NCBI GenBank assembly: GCA_964416505.1
Contig: CAYQEJ010000001.1
Span: 77,774-141,773, forward strand
Length of the DNA: 64,000 nt
DNA from: an uncultured Gammaproteobacteria bacterium
GTDB taxonomy: Bacteria; Patescibacteriota; Microgenomatia; Levybacterales; UBA12049
Direction of reading: 5' to 3'
Numbering within the stretch: the first letter of the stretch is position 1; each line of letters begins with the position of its first letter. The position numbers and the translations under genes are program-made. The notes beneath the pieces were generated by a model that did no database searches, was not told the origin of the DNA, and saw nothing but the letters and a program-made list of their open reading frames with translations. Shown in pieces: positions 30,735 through 41,115 of the stretch.

Positions 30735-31465
30735 AATAACCAAAGCTTTCCTCTCACCAGGAATGAGTGAAATGACATTAATATAGCGTGTACTAGACCA
30801 GCTATTCCATCAAGAAATCCAAGTTTTAAGAAAAAATTAACAAAGAACTTACCTTTAGGAAAGAAAATGATTGAAATCCAATTAACTCTCACTCTTTTTT
30901 CAAATAATTCCTCCGACCTCAAATCTGTATAAAAATTAATTTCTTTCAAAAATTCAGAGATCGATTGATGCGGATAATGCTTGATGGAATTAATAAGCTT
31001 ACCAACCTTCTTATCAGTTACCCATGTTTCATGAACTCTTCCTTTCAAACTACCTTTATTTTTATTAAATAGTCTTAAAAGCCTAATTCCTCCTGAATCA
31101 CCATGCAAAAGTGCCTTCCCCCACATAAAATCTATTCTTGGAATTAAAAATCCGGCATATTCATCCGATATAGATTCTTTTATTTCTGTAGCCAAGTCGC
31201 TATCGATCCTCTCATCTGCGTCAACAAATATCACCCATTCATTTGTGGTTTTTGAAACTCCGAAGTTTCTTTGTGCTGAAAAATCTTTATCCAAATCTCT
31301 TTTAAATACCTTAACTTTCTTAGAATCATATCTCTCAATTAAATCCAGAGTTCTATCCGAAGAATTATCATCAATTACTATTATCTCTTCACAAAATTTT
31401 AAATTCTCGATACAATCGATTATATTTTTCTCTTCATTCTTAGTTAAAACGACTGCAGAAATCAT
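30719..31465 (-). CDS. Glycosyltransferase family 2 (GT-A) protein
   Basis: ISAVVLTKNEEKNIIDCIENL... IIVIDDNSSDRT (GT2 DxD region), FVDADE; 248 aa. Confidence 0.8.
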   Translation of the reverse strand: MISAVVLTKNEEKNIIDCIENLKFCEEIIVIDDNSSDRTLDLIERYDSKKVKVFKRDLDKDFSAQRNFGVSKTTNEWVIFVDADERIDSDLATEIKESISDEYAGFLIPRIDFMWGKALLHGDSGGIRLLRLFNKNKGSLKGRVHETWVTDKKVGKLINSIKHYPHQSISEFLKEINFYTDLRSEELFEKRVRVNWISIIFFPKGKFFVNFFLKLGFLDGIAGLVHAILMSFHSFLVRGKLWLLWQKK

Positions 31466-33660
31466 TTATTATTCACCTCTTCAACTATTATATTACTATT
31501 TTCAACACTTACATAAAACTTCTTTTTTTCATTTTTATTCGAGGGGCCATTTCCCAACCACCATGTTAAATATTCGTAATTTTGAATAAAATTAGGAAAT
31601 CCACTTGCCTGATTTTTTTCAATAATATTAAAAGGTTCACCATTTGACTTTGAAACAATTTCTCTTGATGATTTAACCAACTCCGTAAAAGTTATTTTCT
31701 GATTCTTTCGGTCAGGAAACTGGTAAATATTTAAAAATGAAATAATACAAATCAATATAATCGGAAAAAATAATAATCTCTTTTTAAAACTACCCAAAAA
31801 ATAACCTAATCCAATTGCCGCTTGAGGAAAAAACATGGGCAAATATGAAGCTGAATTAGTTTTTGCAAAAATATAAAAAATTGCAGGAATAATTAAAAAA
31901 GCAAATAAAGTGTTTTCATTTGGATTTTTAAATCTACTTCTCATAACTGATATTAATAAAAAAATCATTGGTATAATAAAAATTAAAAGAGCCAAGTATT
32001 CATTTCTTACAAAATAGAATTTACCAATATAATCTGTGATAAACTTCAAGAAAGAACCCCAGCTCTCAGTTTGACTAGGATTAATAGGAGGATATCCAAA
32101 TAAAACCGCAATTCTATATACTCCCCACACAAAAAATTTGAGAGTTTGAGGAAAACCGTTTGAAAAATCGTAAATTATCATTGGAAGTAAAGTTAAAATC
32201 AAAAAAATAAATGAAAGAACTATTATTTTCAAGTCATTCTTAAAACTTAATTTCCATTTTTTATTTTTCAAATATCCGATCGCTAAAACTACGAGCACGG
32301 TAAAAGCTAAAGAAAACGTAGCTAATACAAAGTTATATAGTGCCCCAAGAATAAATATTATTAATGGAAATTTATTTCTATCTCCTTTTACCCATTTAAA
32401 AGTTAGAAAAAATAATGCTAACGTTAACAAAGGAACAAAACTCGTATGATATGGAAGTTGTGAAGAAAAAATTACAAATGGAGAAGTTGCATAAAATAGT
32501 GATGAAAAGAATGCAACTCTAGTATTGAACATAAATCTAGCTACATAATAAATAAGTATTACTACAATTGAATCCAATAAAATTGTAAAGTACGCAGGAG
32601 CAACTGGATTGAAGTCAAAAACCTTTAACAAGAATCCAAGTATATATGTCCAATATGCTCCTTGGTGTAGCCATGGATGACTTGATGCGATTCCTACAAG
32701 AGGTATACTGTGATCCAAAAGCATATCCTTAGCTGACAAATAGTACCAAGCAACATCCGGAATGAAGAATAGTAGTTCTGATATCTTATTAATCCTGAGT
32801 AGAAATGCGAGTAAAAAAATACACAACACTAGAAATGATTCCTTGTTAAATCTGAGAAATAATTCAACAACCATAGCCTTTAAACGTCCGTAGTTTTTTT
32901 TGAAGTAAAGATATCTGCTTTTCATAAATATTTTTTTTATTTCTGAATTTTGTGTTGAGCTTTTTCCTCCAAAATGCACTATCCTAACTGTTGGAGAAAT
33001 ATAATTTTTATATCCTAATTCTTTTATTCTTTTAAATAGGTCAAATTCTTCAAAATACATAAAAAAATTATCATCAAATCCATTTATCTTTTGAAATATT
33101 TTTTTCTTAATTAAAAATGCCGTTCCAGGAAGAACCTCTATAGATCTTTCTTTTCCACTTGAATTATCAAGGTAATAATATTTTTTTAAAAATTTATTTT
33201 TCCTTAAAAAGGAGCTGATAAAACTTAGTGAAAAAATAGCATAAAGTGGCGTAAGTATTCTTGTACCTTGTAATTTATAAATTTTTTTATTTTCTTTATA
33301 AAGAGTTGGTGAAACTGCAGCAACTTTTTTATATTTTTTAAAGATATTTAGAAGATTTTCAAGATTTCCTGACAGTATATATGTATCAGGGTTAAGTATG
33401 AAGACATATTCTCCATTTGCATTATCTACACCTAAATTATTTCCATTCCCATAACCTAAATTCCCTACGTTTTTTATGTATTTAATTTTAGAAAATTTCT
33501 TCTTAAGTTCTTTTGAAATATTATCCACTTCATCATTATCAACAACTATTATTTCAAAAATCTCATTATTCCATTTTTTATTTATTGAATTTATGCATTT
33601 ATATAAATTTTCCTTAGACTTATAATTTACGACTATTATCGATACTATTTTTTTCGCCAT
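31462..33660 (-). CDS. Bifunctional protein: N-terminal GT2 glycosyltransferase fused to a C-terminal polytopic (GT-C-like) membrane domain
   Basis: N-terminus IVSIIVVNYKSKENL...IIVVDNDEVDN...ILNPDT (GT2). Residues ~270-700 form about 12 hydrophobic helices. 732 aa. Confidence 0.65.
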   Translation of the reverse strand: MAKKIVSIIVVNYKSKENLYKCINSINKKWNNEIFEIIVVDNDEVDNISKELKKKFSKIKYIKNVGNLGYGNGNNLGVDNANGEYVFILNPDTYILSGNLENLLNIFKKYKKVAAVSPTLYKENKKIYKLQGTRILTPLYAIFSLSFISSFLRKNKFLKKYYYLDNSSGKERSIEVLPGTAFLIKKKIFQKINGFDDNFFMYFEEFDLFKRIKELGYKNYISPTVRIVHFGGKSSTQNSEIKKIFMKSRYLYFKKNYGRLKAMVVELFLRFNKESFLVLCIFLLAFLLRINKISELLFFIPDVAWYYLSAKDMLLDHSIPLVGIASSHPWLHQGAYWTYILGFLLKVFDFNPVAPAYFTILLDSIVVILIYYVARFMFNTRVAFFSSLFYATSPFVIFSSQLPYHTSFVPLLTLALFFLTFKWVKGDRNKFPLIIFILGALYNFVLATFSLAFTVLVVLAIGYLKNKKWKLSFKNDLKIIVLSFIFLILTLLPMIIYDFSNGFPQTLKFFVWGVYRIAVLFGYPPINPSQTESWGSFLKFITDYIGKFYFVRNEYLALLIFIIPMIFLLISVMRSRFKNPNENTLFAFLIIPAIFYIFAKTNSASYLPMFFPQAAIGLGYFLGSFKKRLLFFPIILICIISFLNIYQFPDRKNQKITFTELVKSSREIVSKSNGEPFNIIEKNQASGFPNFIQNYEYLTWWLGNGPSNKNEKKKFYVSVENSNIIVEEVNNK

Positions 33661-33661
33661 A

Positions 33662-34630
33662 TTAAAGTTTATAAATTTCCTTAATCGTTCTTTTTTTCTT
33701 AGAATTAATATCGTAAAGCTTAAGGTTTCTTATTAAATTTAATCTATCATGATGATCGTCTATAAGCGTTAGATTTCTATTCTTATCCATTGACTCTCTA
33801 TACCTGCTCTCAACGTACCCGTTCTCAACAGATATTTCATCATTATTTCTTTTCTTATCTTGTCTTATGAAAAATGCATTATTTCCAGCAGAATTACTTC
33901 CAACAAAAATGTAACCTTTGCTCTTTGCTAAATTAACAATTGCTTTAAGAGATGCACCAAAATATAAATTAGAGAAGTGTTCTTTTGTACGATCAAATTC
34001 TTTTTTATACGGCACCGTTACCTCAAATTTTTTACCAAAAGTACTATTGTATTCTACAATTAAAATTTTTGGTGAAACTGAGTCAATTTCTTTCAAAAAC
34101 CAATAATCAATTCCATCTACATCAATTGATAAAATACCTATTTCTCCTGAAAATCCTTCTTCTTTAAATGTTTTGTTTACATTTTCTAAAGTTAATTTTT
34201 TATTTATAATTTTTATTCTGTGTTTATACAAAATAATTTTTCCTATTTCTGAATTTAGAAATTCAATATGGGAATTATCATCATTAATAATCAATCCTTC
34301 CCAGTTATTATTTACAAGTAAAAATCTTGTGTTTGATTCGGAGTAATTACCCACTCCAAATTCAATAAATTTTTTATTTTCAACTTTATATTTTTTTATT
34401 AAAAATTGAATAATTCCATCTTCTCCAAATTGCGAATAAATTTTAAATTCTGCATCTTGTATGTTTTTTATCTTAGAAATATCCATGTCCATTGTGTTTT
34501 TATTTCCTATAATAATTTTTAAAGAGTCAATTTCTTTCAATATTTCTTGATGCTCATACATTAAATTCCCATAAATTAAATGTCTAAACAAATTTCTAAT
34601 TTTTTTTAGTATTTCTTTTAAAATTTTCAT
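33662..34630 (-). CDS. Hypothetical protein, possibly FkbM-like methyltransferase fold
   Basis: Soluble 322-aa protein. The weak EFGVGNYSESNTRF segment is reminiscent of the FkbM-family glycine-rich motif. No confident assignment. Confidence 0.35.
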   Translation of the reverse strand: MKILKEILKKIRNLFRHLIYGNLMYEHQEILKEIDSLKIIIGNKNTMDMDISKIKNIQDAEFKIYSQFGEDGIIQFLIKKYKVENKKFIEFGVGNYSESNTRFLLVNNNWEGLIINDDNSHIEFLNSEIGKIILYKHRIKIINKKLTLENVNKTFKEEGFSGEIGILSIDVDGIDYWFLKEIDSVSPKILIVEYNSTFGKKFEVTVPYKKEFDRTKEHFSNLYFGASLKAIVNLAKSKGYIFVGSNSAGNNAFFIRQDKKRNNDEISVENGYVESRYRESMDKNRNLTLIDDHHDRLNLIRNLKLYDINSKKKRTIKEIYKL

Positions 34631-35730
34631 GATAAATCAAGTTTTTTAATTATAAGATTAAGAAGCATATTACTACGTATTTCCCAAGTCCAATTACTTT
34701 TAATATTTTCAGAAGAATATTTTGATAAATTTTTATATTGCCTTTTATTTAAAATTTTTTTATTCAGCACTTGAGATATTTCCTCTAAATTATCTTTTAC
34801 AAAAAAACCGTTTTTACTTTCAATAATTGTTTCAATATAACCTCCCTCTCTTATGGCTACTGTTGGAACACCACATGCTTGTGCTTCAAGGGGAACTAAT
34901 CCAAAGGGCTCGTTATATGCTAAGCATATTAAAAACATTGATTGCGAATATATTTTTCTTAAAACAGAATCATCAGAAATCCATTCTTTCTCTCTTAATA
35001 TAAATCTCACTCTTGGTTTATTTTTCATGAGCTTAATTGCTTCTATCAGTTTTTCATAACCATCAATTGGATCTTTAGAACCTATAAAAAGCAGATCATA
35101 TATCTTCTTAACCTTCATTGGGTAAAAATTTTTAATATTTACTCCCATGTAGGAAATTTCACAATTTATTTTGTAAGCACTTTTTATATTTCTTTGAGTA
35201 TATTTTGAGTTTGCAATAATCAGATTTGCCTTTAATGCATTTGATCTATCTATCACTTTTCTATTTTTCCTGTTTAATTTCTCGTATAATTTCCTTTCCA
35301 TCCTTAAACCTTTAGGTATATCAAACAATTCTTCATAAGCTATTCTGAGTGGCTCCTGACAATAATATGCTGATTTTGTTTTGATGAATCTTAATAAAAA
35401 TGGGGCCTGTGTGTATTTTGATCCATGTACAAAAACGAAATCGTAACTAAGTGAATCTATTTCTTTTGCAATTTTTTTGTGAAGAATATATATCTTAATT
35501 AACTCAATCGTATCTTTATATAATTTTACTTTCCAGTTTCCCCCTGTCCATTTTCTTGGAGTAAATTTAAAAAAATATATTTTTGAAAAATTTCTATCAA
35601 TTTTTATTTCTTTTTTTTCATCTATATAATATAGATCTACAATATTTTCTTTTTTGAAATTATTGCTGAATTCCATAACAGCACGCCTTGCGCCACCATA
35701 AGGCAGTTCATGAAATACAGCAATTTTCAT
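34627..35730 (-). CDS. Glycosyltransferase family 4 (GT-B) protein
   Basis: C-terminal EPFGLVPLEAQACGVPTVAIREGGYIETI (E-x7-E motif) and N-terminal MKIAVFHELPYGGARR. Confidence 0.8.
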   Translation of the reverse strand: MKIAVFHELPYGGARRAVMEFSNNFKKENIVDLYYIDEKKEIKIDRNFSKIYFFKFTPRKWTGGNWKVKLYKDTIELIKIYILHKKIAKEIDSLSYDFVFVHGSKYTQAPFLLRFIKTKSAYYCQEPLRIAYEELFDIPKGLRMERKLYEKLNRKNRKVIDRSNALKANLIIANSKYTQRNIKSAYKINCEISYMGVNIKNFYPMKVKKIYDLLFIGSKDPIDGYEKLIEAIKLMKNKPRVRFILREKEWISDDSVLRKIYSQSMFLICLAYNEPFGLVPLEAQACGVPTVAIREGGYIETIIESKNGFFVKDNLEEISQVLNKKILNKRQYKNLSKYSSENIKSNWTWEIRSNMLLNLIIKKLDLS

Positions 35731-36554
35731 TTTTTAATTTTCTGGATGCAGATATAATCTGTTGCAAAAAATATTTTTAATATACTCATTTTAGATATTG
35801 GGTACAAATAAACAAAAACATTATACACATAATCTTTCCAACTTATGAATGGCTTATACGGAACTTTAGAAATAATATTTCCTGAAAAATAATTTTTTTT
35901 AAATAATGTTTTTAAATAAAAAATTGTTGGCTCATTTACATGCTGCTTTTTGTGAATATTATTTCGTGATTCTTTATTTACTCCCGGATAAATATTTCCG
36001 GTAAATAACTTGTTTAGCATTATAAATAATTTGTCCACGGGATAAACCCAGTATTTATGTGTGTAATCAAGATATATTTTATTTGGAGCAGTGTGCACAA
36101 TGAGTAATCCATCTGGCTTCATAACTCTTTTAATTTCTTCCATAGCTATTTCAAGTTCTTCTTTAAATAAATGCTCAAAAACATCAGAGGTAACAACTAT
36201 ATCAAAAAAATTATCTGCGAATTTTAATTTCTTAGCGTTCATCAACTTAAAATCAATTCTTTTTTTTACTTCCTCTTCCTGATACTTAATTGCATTTTTC
36301 GCTATTTTTATTCCTGCTTCCGAATAATCAATACCCATAACATTCGCTCCTAATCTAGCTAATTCAAAATCTAAGTCTCCTCTACCACATCCAATATCCA
36401 AAATTTTAGAATTTTTCTTTGGATTAATTAAATTTGCGAATTCTCTAATCGTATTATTTACAATTTTTCCTTTATGCTTATTAAATTCCTCGAAACCAAG
36501 ATTTTGTCCCAGGTAGTATTTTTTTGTATATATCTTTGAACTGACTGACTTCAT
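35727..36554 (-). CDS. Class I SAM-dependent methyltransferase
   Basis: Motif I ILDIGCGRGDLDFELA, motif II ANVMGIDYSE, DIVVTSDVFEHL. Confidence 0.8.
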   Translation of the reverse strand: MKSVSSKIYTKKYYLGQNLGFEEFNKHKGKIVNNTIREFANLINPKKNSKILDIGCGRGDLDFELARLGANVMGIDYSEAGIKIAKNAIKYQEEEVKKRIDFKLMNAKKLKFADNFFDIVVTSDVFEHLFKEELEIAMEEIKRVMKPDGLLIVHTAPNKIYLDYTHKYWVYPVDKLFIMLNKLFTGNIYPGVNKESRNNIHKKQHVNEPTIFYLKTLFKKNYFSGNIISKVPYKPFISWKDYVYNVFVYLYPISKMSILKIFFATDYICIQKIKK

Positions 36555-37774
36555 TGATTTTTGAAGATTTTGTAAGTTAGGAAGATTAATAAAGGAATCT
36601 CAAAGATCACAGAAATAATCATTGCGTAACCTGCGCCGATTATACCAAAACTTTGAATGAAAGGAATTATTGTAATTGATAAAACCAAAAGCCTTAAAGA
36701 TATTGAAATCGTTGAATAAAATTGTTTTTCTAAAGCAAAGAATAAAGAAAAGAAATTTCCAAACATTGTCCTTAAAATTCCATAAATCGAAAGAATTCTT
36801 ATTAAACCAACAATCTCAGTCCAATCTTTTCCCAATCCAACTTTAACAATTGGTTCTGCAAAAATAAATAATATTATTCCGGATGATATAGCAAAAAAGG
36901 ATGAAGTTAGAAAGACTTTAACAAATGCATTTGATAATCTTTTAAAATCCCCAGATAATTTCGAATAAACAGGAAAAGTAACTTTATTTACTACTTCAGC
37001 AATCTCACTAATAGTAAATGTGGAAACTTTATAGCCCATCTGATAGAAACCTAAAGATCCCGTACCTAAAATTTTTCCAACTAACATATTATCCAGATTT
37101 TCTGACAAATAAATAAATATTCCTGTTAGCGTTATCCATGATCCTCTCTTAAATATTTGTTTTATTTTTGTAAAATCAAAAATAAGAATTGGTACAGGTT
37201 TAAATAAAACAAATGAGAGGACAACTTCTAGGACTGCTGATGCTATTAGTCCATAAGCAAAACTAGAAGCATCTTTTGTATATATAGCTAAAATTATTAC
37301 AGATGCAGATTCTACTAAAAATAAAATCAGTCTTAAGTAAAATTCTTTTTTGAATTGGATTTCTTTTTGAATTTGAATTATAGATGGATTAATAAAACCT
37401 TTAATGAGCGGAACAATGGCTATCAAATAAATTAATTTTTGCGATTGTGATGAATTAAAAAAATCAGAAATAAAAGGTGCTAATATTATAAGTACAGTAA
37501 AAATAATAAAACCTCTTAAAATCGAGATTATCCATGCAGAATTAATATATTCTCTCCAATCATCTTTTTTTTGAACTAAAAAAACATTTATTCCCGTCTC
37601 TGTAATAATTTCCAGAAAAGATAAAACAAGAGTTGCTACACCAAAAGATCCAAACTGAGCAGGAGTCAAGATTCTAGCAAGTATTGCAAGCCTTACAAAT
37701 GTTATTCCACGAGTTGAACCTCTCAAAAGAGTCATCCAGGAAATTCCTCTTATCGCATGCAATTTATAACCCAT
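36551..37774 (-). CDS. Polysaccharide biosynthesis protein / oligosaccharide flippase (Wzx, MOP superfamily)
   Basis: 407 aa with 12 predicted TMs. N-terminal ISWMTLLRGSTRGITFVRLAILARILTP matches the Polysacc_synt family N-terminus. Confidence 0.65.
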   Translation of the reverse strand: MGYKLHAIRGISWMTLLRGSTRGITFVRLAILARILTPAQFGSFGVATLVLSFLEIITETGINVFLVQKKDDWREYINSAWIISILRGFIIFTVLIILAPFISDFFNSSQSQKLIYLIAIVPLIKGFINPSIIQIQKEIQFKKEFYLRLILFLVESASVIILAIYTKDASSFAYGLIASAVLEVVLSFVLFKPVPILIFDFTKIKQIFKRGSWITLTGIFIYLSENLDNMLVGKILGTGSLGFYQMGYKVSTFTISEIAEVVNKVTFPVYSKLSGDFKRLSNAFVKVFLTSSFFAISSGIILFIFAEPIVKVGLGKDWTEIVGLIRILSIYGILRTMFGNFFSLFFALEKQFYSTISISLRLLVLSITIIPFIQSFGIIGAGYAMIISVIFEIPLLIFLTYKIFKNQ

Positions 37775-37792
37775 ATAAAAATTATATCAAGT

Positions 37793-40330
37793 TTACTTCT
37801 TATAAACTGAAATATTGAATGGGACTGTAATAAGAGAAGCAAGATAGAAATCCTTATGATTCATTTTGTATGGTTTTTTAGAGTAAAAAACACCAATCCT
37901 TCTATATCCAAGTTCGTCTAGTTTATTCTTAATTTCTCTTTTTGGGGTTTTAAGATAAAAACTCGGAGCTATCTCATCATCTGTAATTACAACATATTCT
38001 GGGTATTTAGAAGATCTTTCATCAATTAGCTGATATTTATATTTGTAATTAAAATTTATATTTGATTCTCTAAAATAATATTCCTTCTGAATTAAATCAG
38101 GAATTCCTTGATAAATTGGAATATTTTCTAAGCCAATAACGGATCCTTCTGGTACATTCTCTTCTATCCACTTAGAAGAAACTGCCTGAGGGCTTATTGC
38201 TCTTTTCGCATTTATCCACAACAAAGATTCAAATATTTGAGAACTTAAAACAAAAAACACTACTATAAAAAATAAAAACTTTTTCTTTTTATATACTTCA
38301 TTTAAAAATGTTACAGAAATCAAAACTATAAACGGAGATAAGACTAATGCTCTATTTGTAGATGCAAATATTTGGAGAGGAATTAAACTTAGGGTAAAGA
38401 AAATAAAAATAATTAACATGAATAATTCAATTTTAATTTCACCAATTTTACCTTTAATTATCTTATTCGAATATATAAACGTTAAATATATTAATGAAAT
38501 TATTGTCAGGGGAATCATCAGATGGCCAAAAATAATTGGATAATGTTTTGTAAGCAAATAAGCATATGGATTAAGTTCAATGTTAAAATTTTGAGTTGTT
38601 GCGGGACTCTGAATGATATTTTCATAAAGAAAAAGGTTTATATTTCCATTTCCAAACAAAGTATCTGGAATTCCAAATAAAAAAATAGTTACTATTAGCA
38701 CTATTAATCCACCAAAAAAATATTTAATTTCTTTAATTTTGTTATTGGAAAATAAAAAATAGGATAGTCCATACAAAGGAATTAATGGAATCGCACTTAC
38801 CTTCACCGCAAAAGACAAGCCAACTGGAATTGCTAATAAAATAAATTTCTTTCCCGTTGGATTTTTTAAATAAATAAGCATCGACAGCAAAGATAAGCTA
38901 ATAAAAAATAAGAGGGCTATATCATATTTAAAATATCCACTTAACATTAAAAAAAGAGGACTGAAAACGAACAATGAAATTGTAATTTTTTTTGAAATTT
39001 TTAAAAAATCTGCAATTTTGTAAATTAATATTATCGATAAAAGTCCGTAAATTATTGACTGAATTCTTAAAATAATAAAAATGTTTTCTCTATTTATTAA
39101 ATTTTGAACTTGAACTGAAAACGGATCAATTATTTTCAAAAAAGCAAAAGGAGCAATATAGAATCCACTGATTATGAAATTAAGCATAGTCCCATTTGCA
39201 GAACCAAACATATTTGGAGTTCCGTGAATGAAAGTATCTGCTACAGCACTTAATTGATGCCATTCATCCATGTGATAAGGATATGGATGATTAATATTTG
39301 GTATCCCAAATTTTATTGTTGAAAAAACTAAAAAAACATAAATAAAACAAATAAATATGAGAAATCTATAATTTCTAATATCTTTTTTTATTTTTCTTTT
39401 TTTTAATCTATTGAAAATGCCAGATAGTGTTCCAGTTAATACCGCAAGATCAGCAGTAAATTGTAATAATGGTAAATAAAAAAATGCCTTGTAACTCTTT
39501 ATGTATTTATAGTTTTTTCGAATTGCCCAATATACATACATTAAAGACAAAATTAGAATAAATAATAAAAGAGATTTTGATTTTTCTATTATCGAAATGA
39601 AAAATAAATAAAATAAGAGGAAATACCTCAAATATAATAAAATTACATTCGTCCGAATATTCATAGCGCTCCCGTCTCCCTTTGCATAACCAAAGAATTG
39701 CTTAAATGCTTCAATTATATTTTTTCTCTGTGGCCAACTAACAATTGCATTTTTTACGAACTTAAATTTAAGTTTTTTTAGTTTTAACTTTTTTGCAAAA
39801 TGTAAATCTTCTCCCCTAGCCATCCACTCTGGATACATTCCAGCTTCTTTCCAAGCATTTTTTTTAAATGCAATCGAACGAGATGACGGCAAATAGTTTT
39901 CGGGGTCCAATTTATCAGGCATTATACTCGTATAAATCCCTAAACATTTTTCAAAAATGTTTTTACTAAGAGGCTTGTAATAACCTGCAACTACATCTAC
40001 ATTTTTATCATTAAAGGGTTCGGAGATTTTTTTAACCCAATTCTTATCAAGTATACAATCTGAATCTGTAACTAAAATTATATTATTTTTTGCAATTCTT
40101 ATTGCTTCGTTTCTTCCTTGAGAAATATTTCCAACTAAAACCTTTACTCTAATATTTATTTTTTTATTTACATTTTTAAATTCATTGATAATTTGAACAG
40201 TGTTGTCTTTAGAACCTCCGTCAATAATTATTACTTCATCTATTTTTACTGATTGGGCTTTCAAACTCTTTAAAAAATTCAAAATCGACCCTGATTCATT
40301 CAAAACCGTTGTTATAAGAGTAATTTTCAT
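37793..40330 (-). CDS. Bifunctional protein: N-terminal GT2 glycosyltransferase fused to a large polytopic membrane domain
   Basis: N-terminus KITLITTVLNESGSIL...VIIIDGGSKDNT...VTDSDC (GT2), followed by more than 15 hydrophobic helices over ~600 aa. 845 aa. Confidence 0.65.
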   Translation of the reverse strand: MKITLITTVLNESGSILNFLKSLKAQSVKIDEVIIIDGGSKDNTVQIINEFKNVNKKINIRVKVLVGNISQGRNEAIRIAKNNIILVTDSDCILDKNWVKKISEPFNDKNVDVVAGYYKPLSKNIFEKCLGIYTSIMPDKLDPENYLPSSRSIAFKKNAWKEAGMYPEWMARGEDLHFAKKLKLKKLKFKFVKNAIVSWPQRKNIIEAFKQFFGYAKGDGSAMNIRTNVILLYLRYFLLFYLFFISIIEKSKSLLLFILILSLMYVYWAIRKNYKYIKSYKAFFYLPLLQFTADLAVLTGTLSGIFNRLKKRKIKKDIRNYRFLIFICFIYVFLVFSTIKFGIPNINHPYPYHMDEWHQLSAVADTFIHGTPNMFGSANGTMLNFIISGFYIAPFAFLKIIDPFSVQVQNLINRENIFIILRIQSIIYGLLSIILIYKIADFLKISKKITISLFVFSPLFLMLSGYFKYDIALLFFISLSLLSMLIYLKNPTGKKFILLAIPVGLSFAVKVSAIPLIPLYGLSYFLFSNNKIKEIKYFFGGLIVLIVTIFLFGIPDTLFGNGNINLFLYENIIQSPATTQNFNIELNPYAYLLTKHYPIIFGHLMIPLTIISLIYLTFIYSNKIIKGKIGEIKIELFMLIIFIFFTLSLIPLQIFASTNRALVLSPFIVLISVTFLNEVYKKKKFLFFIVVFFVLSSQIFESLLWINAKRAISPQAVSSKWIEENVPEGSVIGLENIPIYQGIPDLIQKEYYFRESNINFNYKYKYQLIDERSSKYPEYVVITDDEIAPSFYLKTPKREIKNKLDELGYRRIGVFYSKKPYKMNHKDFYLASLITVPFNISVYKK

Positions 40331-40398
40331 ATTGGTGATTATAATACTTTTTTTTCTTCTTATGATAATTGAATTATCAAATTTCCTAAATTATAATT

Positions 40399-41115
40399 GT
40401 GGAAATGAAAAAACATAAAATTGACATTATTCTTCCGGCATATCACGAAGAAGGAAATATAGAAAAAGTTATAACAGATATTAAAAAATTTGTTAAAACT
40501 CCTTATTTAATAACGGTAGTAATTCAGGATAAAAACGATCCGACACTTACTGTTTTAAAAAAAATAAAAAAAGGATCTCCAGGTATAAATATAGAATTCA
40601 CTCGAGACGGGAAAGGAATACTTAAGGCCTTTAAGGAGGGCTTTAGATGCACTAAAGCACCGATAATCGTAACCATGATGTCTGATTTGTCGGACAATCC
40701 CCGAGATATAGACAAAATGATTAGAAAAATCGATGAAGGATATGATCTTGTATGCGCTAGTCGAAACAGTGGAAATGGAAAAAGAATTGGAGGACCTAAA
40801 TTTAAAGGGTTTCTCTCGTGGCTTGCGTGCATTAGTTTGAAATTTTTAACAGGAATCAATACAAGTGATTCCACCAACGCATTTAAAGTTTTCAGAAGAT
40901 CTCTCCTAGAAAAAATTGATATTAAAAGTGAACAGGGATTTGAGATGCCCCTAGAACTAACGGTAAAAGCCTATGAAAAAGGATTTAAAATCACTGATGT
41001 TCCCACTATATGGAGAGACAGAAAAAGCGGAGAATCTCAATTCAAACTTTGGAAAAATATTCCTTATTATCTTAAATGGTATATATATGGAATTAAGAAC
41101 AATTTCTTCAGATAA
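40399..41115 (+). CDS. GT2 polyprenyl-phosphate sugar synthase (DPM1/GtrB-like)
   Basis: IDIILPAYHEEGNIEKV, MMSDLSDNP (DxD-equivalent), small soluble GT-A of 238 aa typical of dolichyl/undecaprenyl-phosphate mannose/glucose synthases. Confidence 0.75.
   Translation: MEMKKHKIDIILPAYHEEGNIEKVITDIKKFVKTPYLITVVIQDKNDPTLTVLKKIKKGSPGINIEFTRDGKGILKAFKEGFRCTKAPIIVTMMSDLSDNPRDIDKMIRKIDEGYDLVCASRNSGNGKRIGGPKFKGFLSWLACISLKFLTGINTSDSTNAFKVFRRSLLEKIDIKSEQGFEMPLELTVKAYEKGFKITDVPTIWRDRKSGESQFKLWKNIPYYLKWYIYGIKNNFFR

Noticed and set aside
33662-34630. Assigning the 322-aa protein as an FkbM methyltransferase
   Set aside because: Only a weak glycine-rich patch supports this. It is kept as hypothetical with a low-confidence note.
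40200-40418. 72-aa plus-strand ORF overlapping the 5' end of the 845-aa GT2-membrane gene
   Set aside because: It overlaps a strongly supported gene on the opposite strand. The likely promoter region for the divergent GT2 gene (40399) lies here instead.
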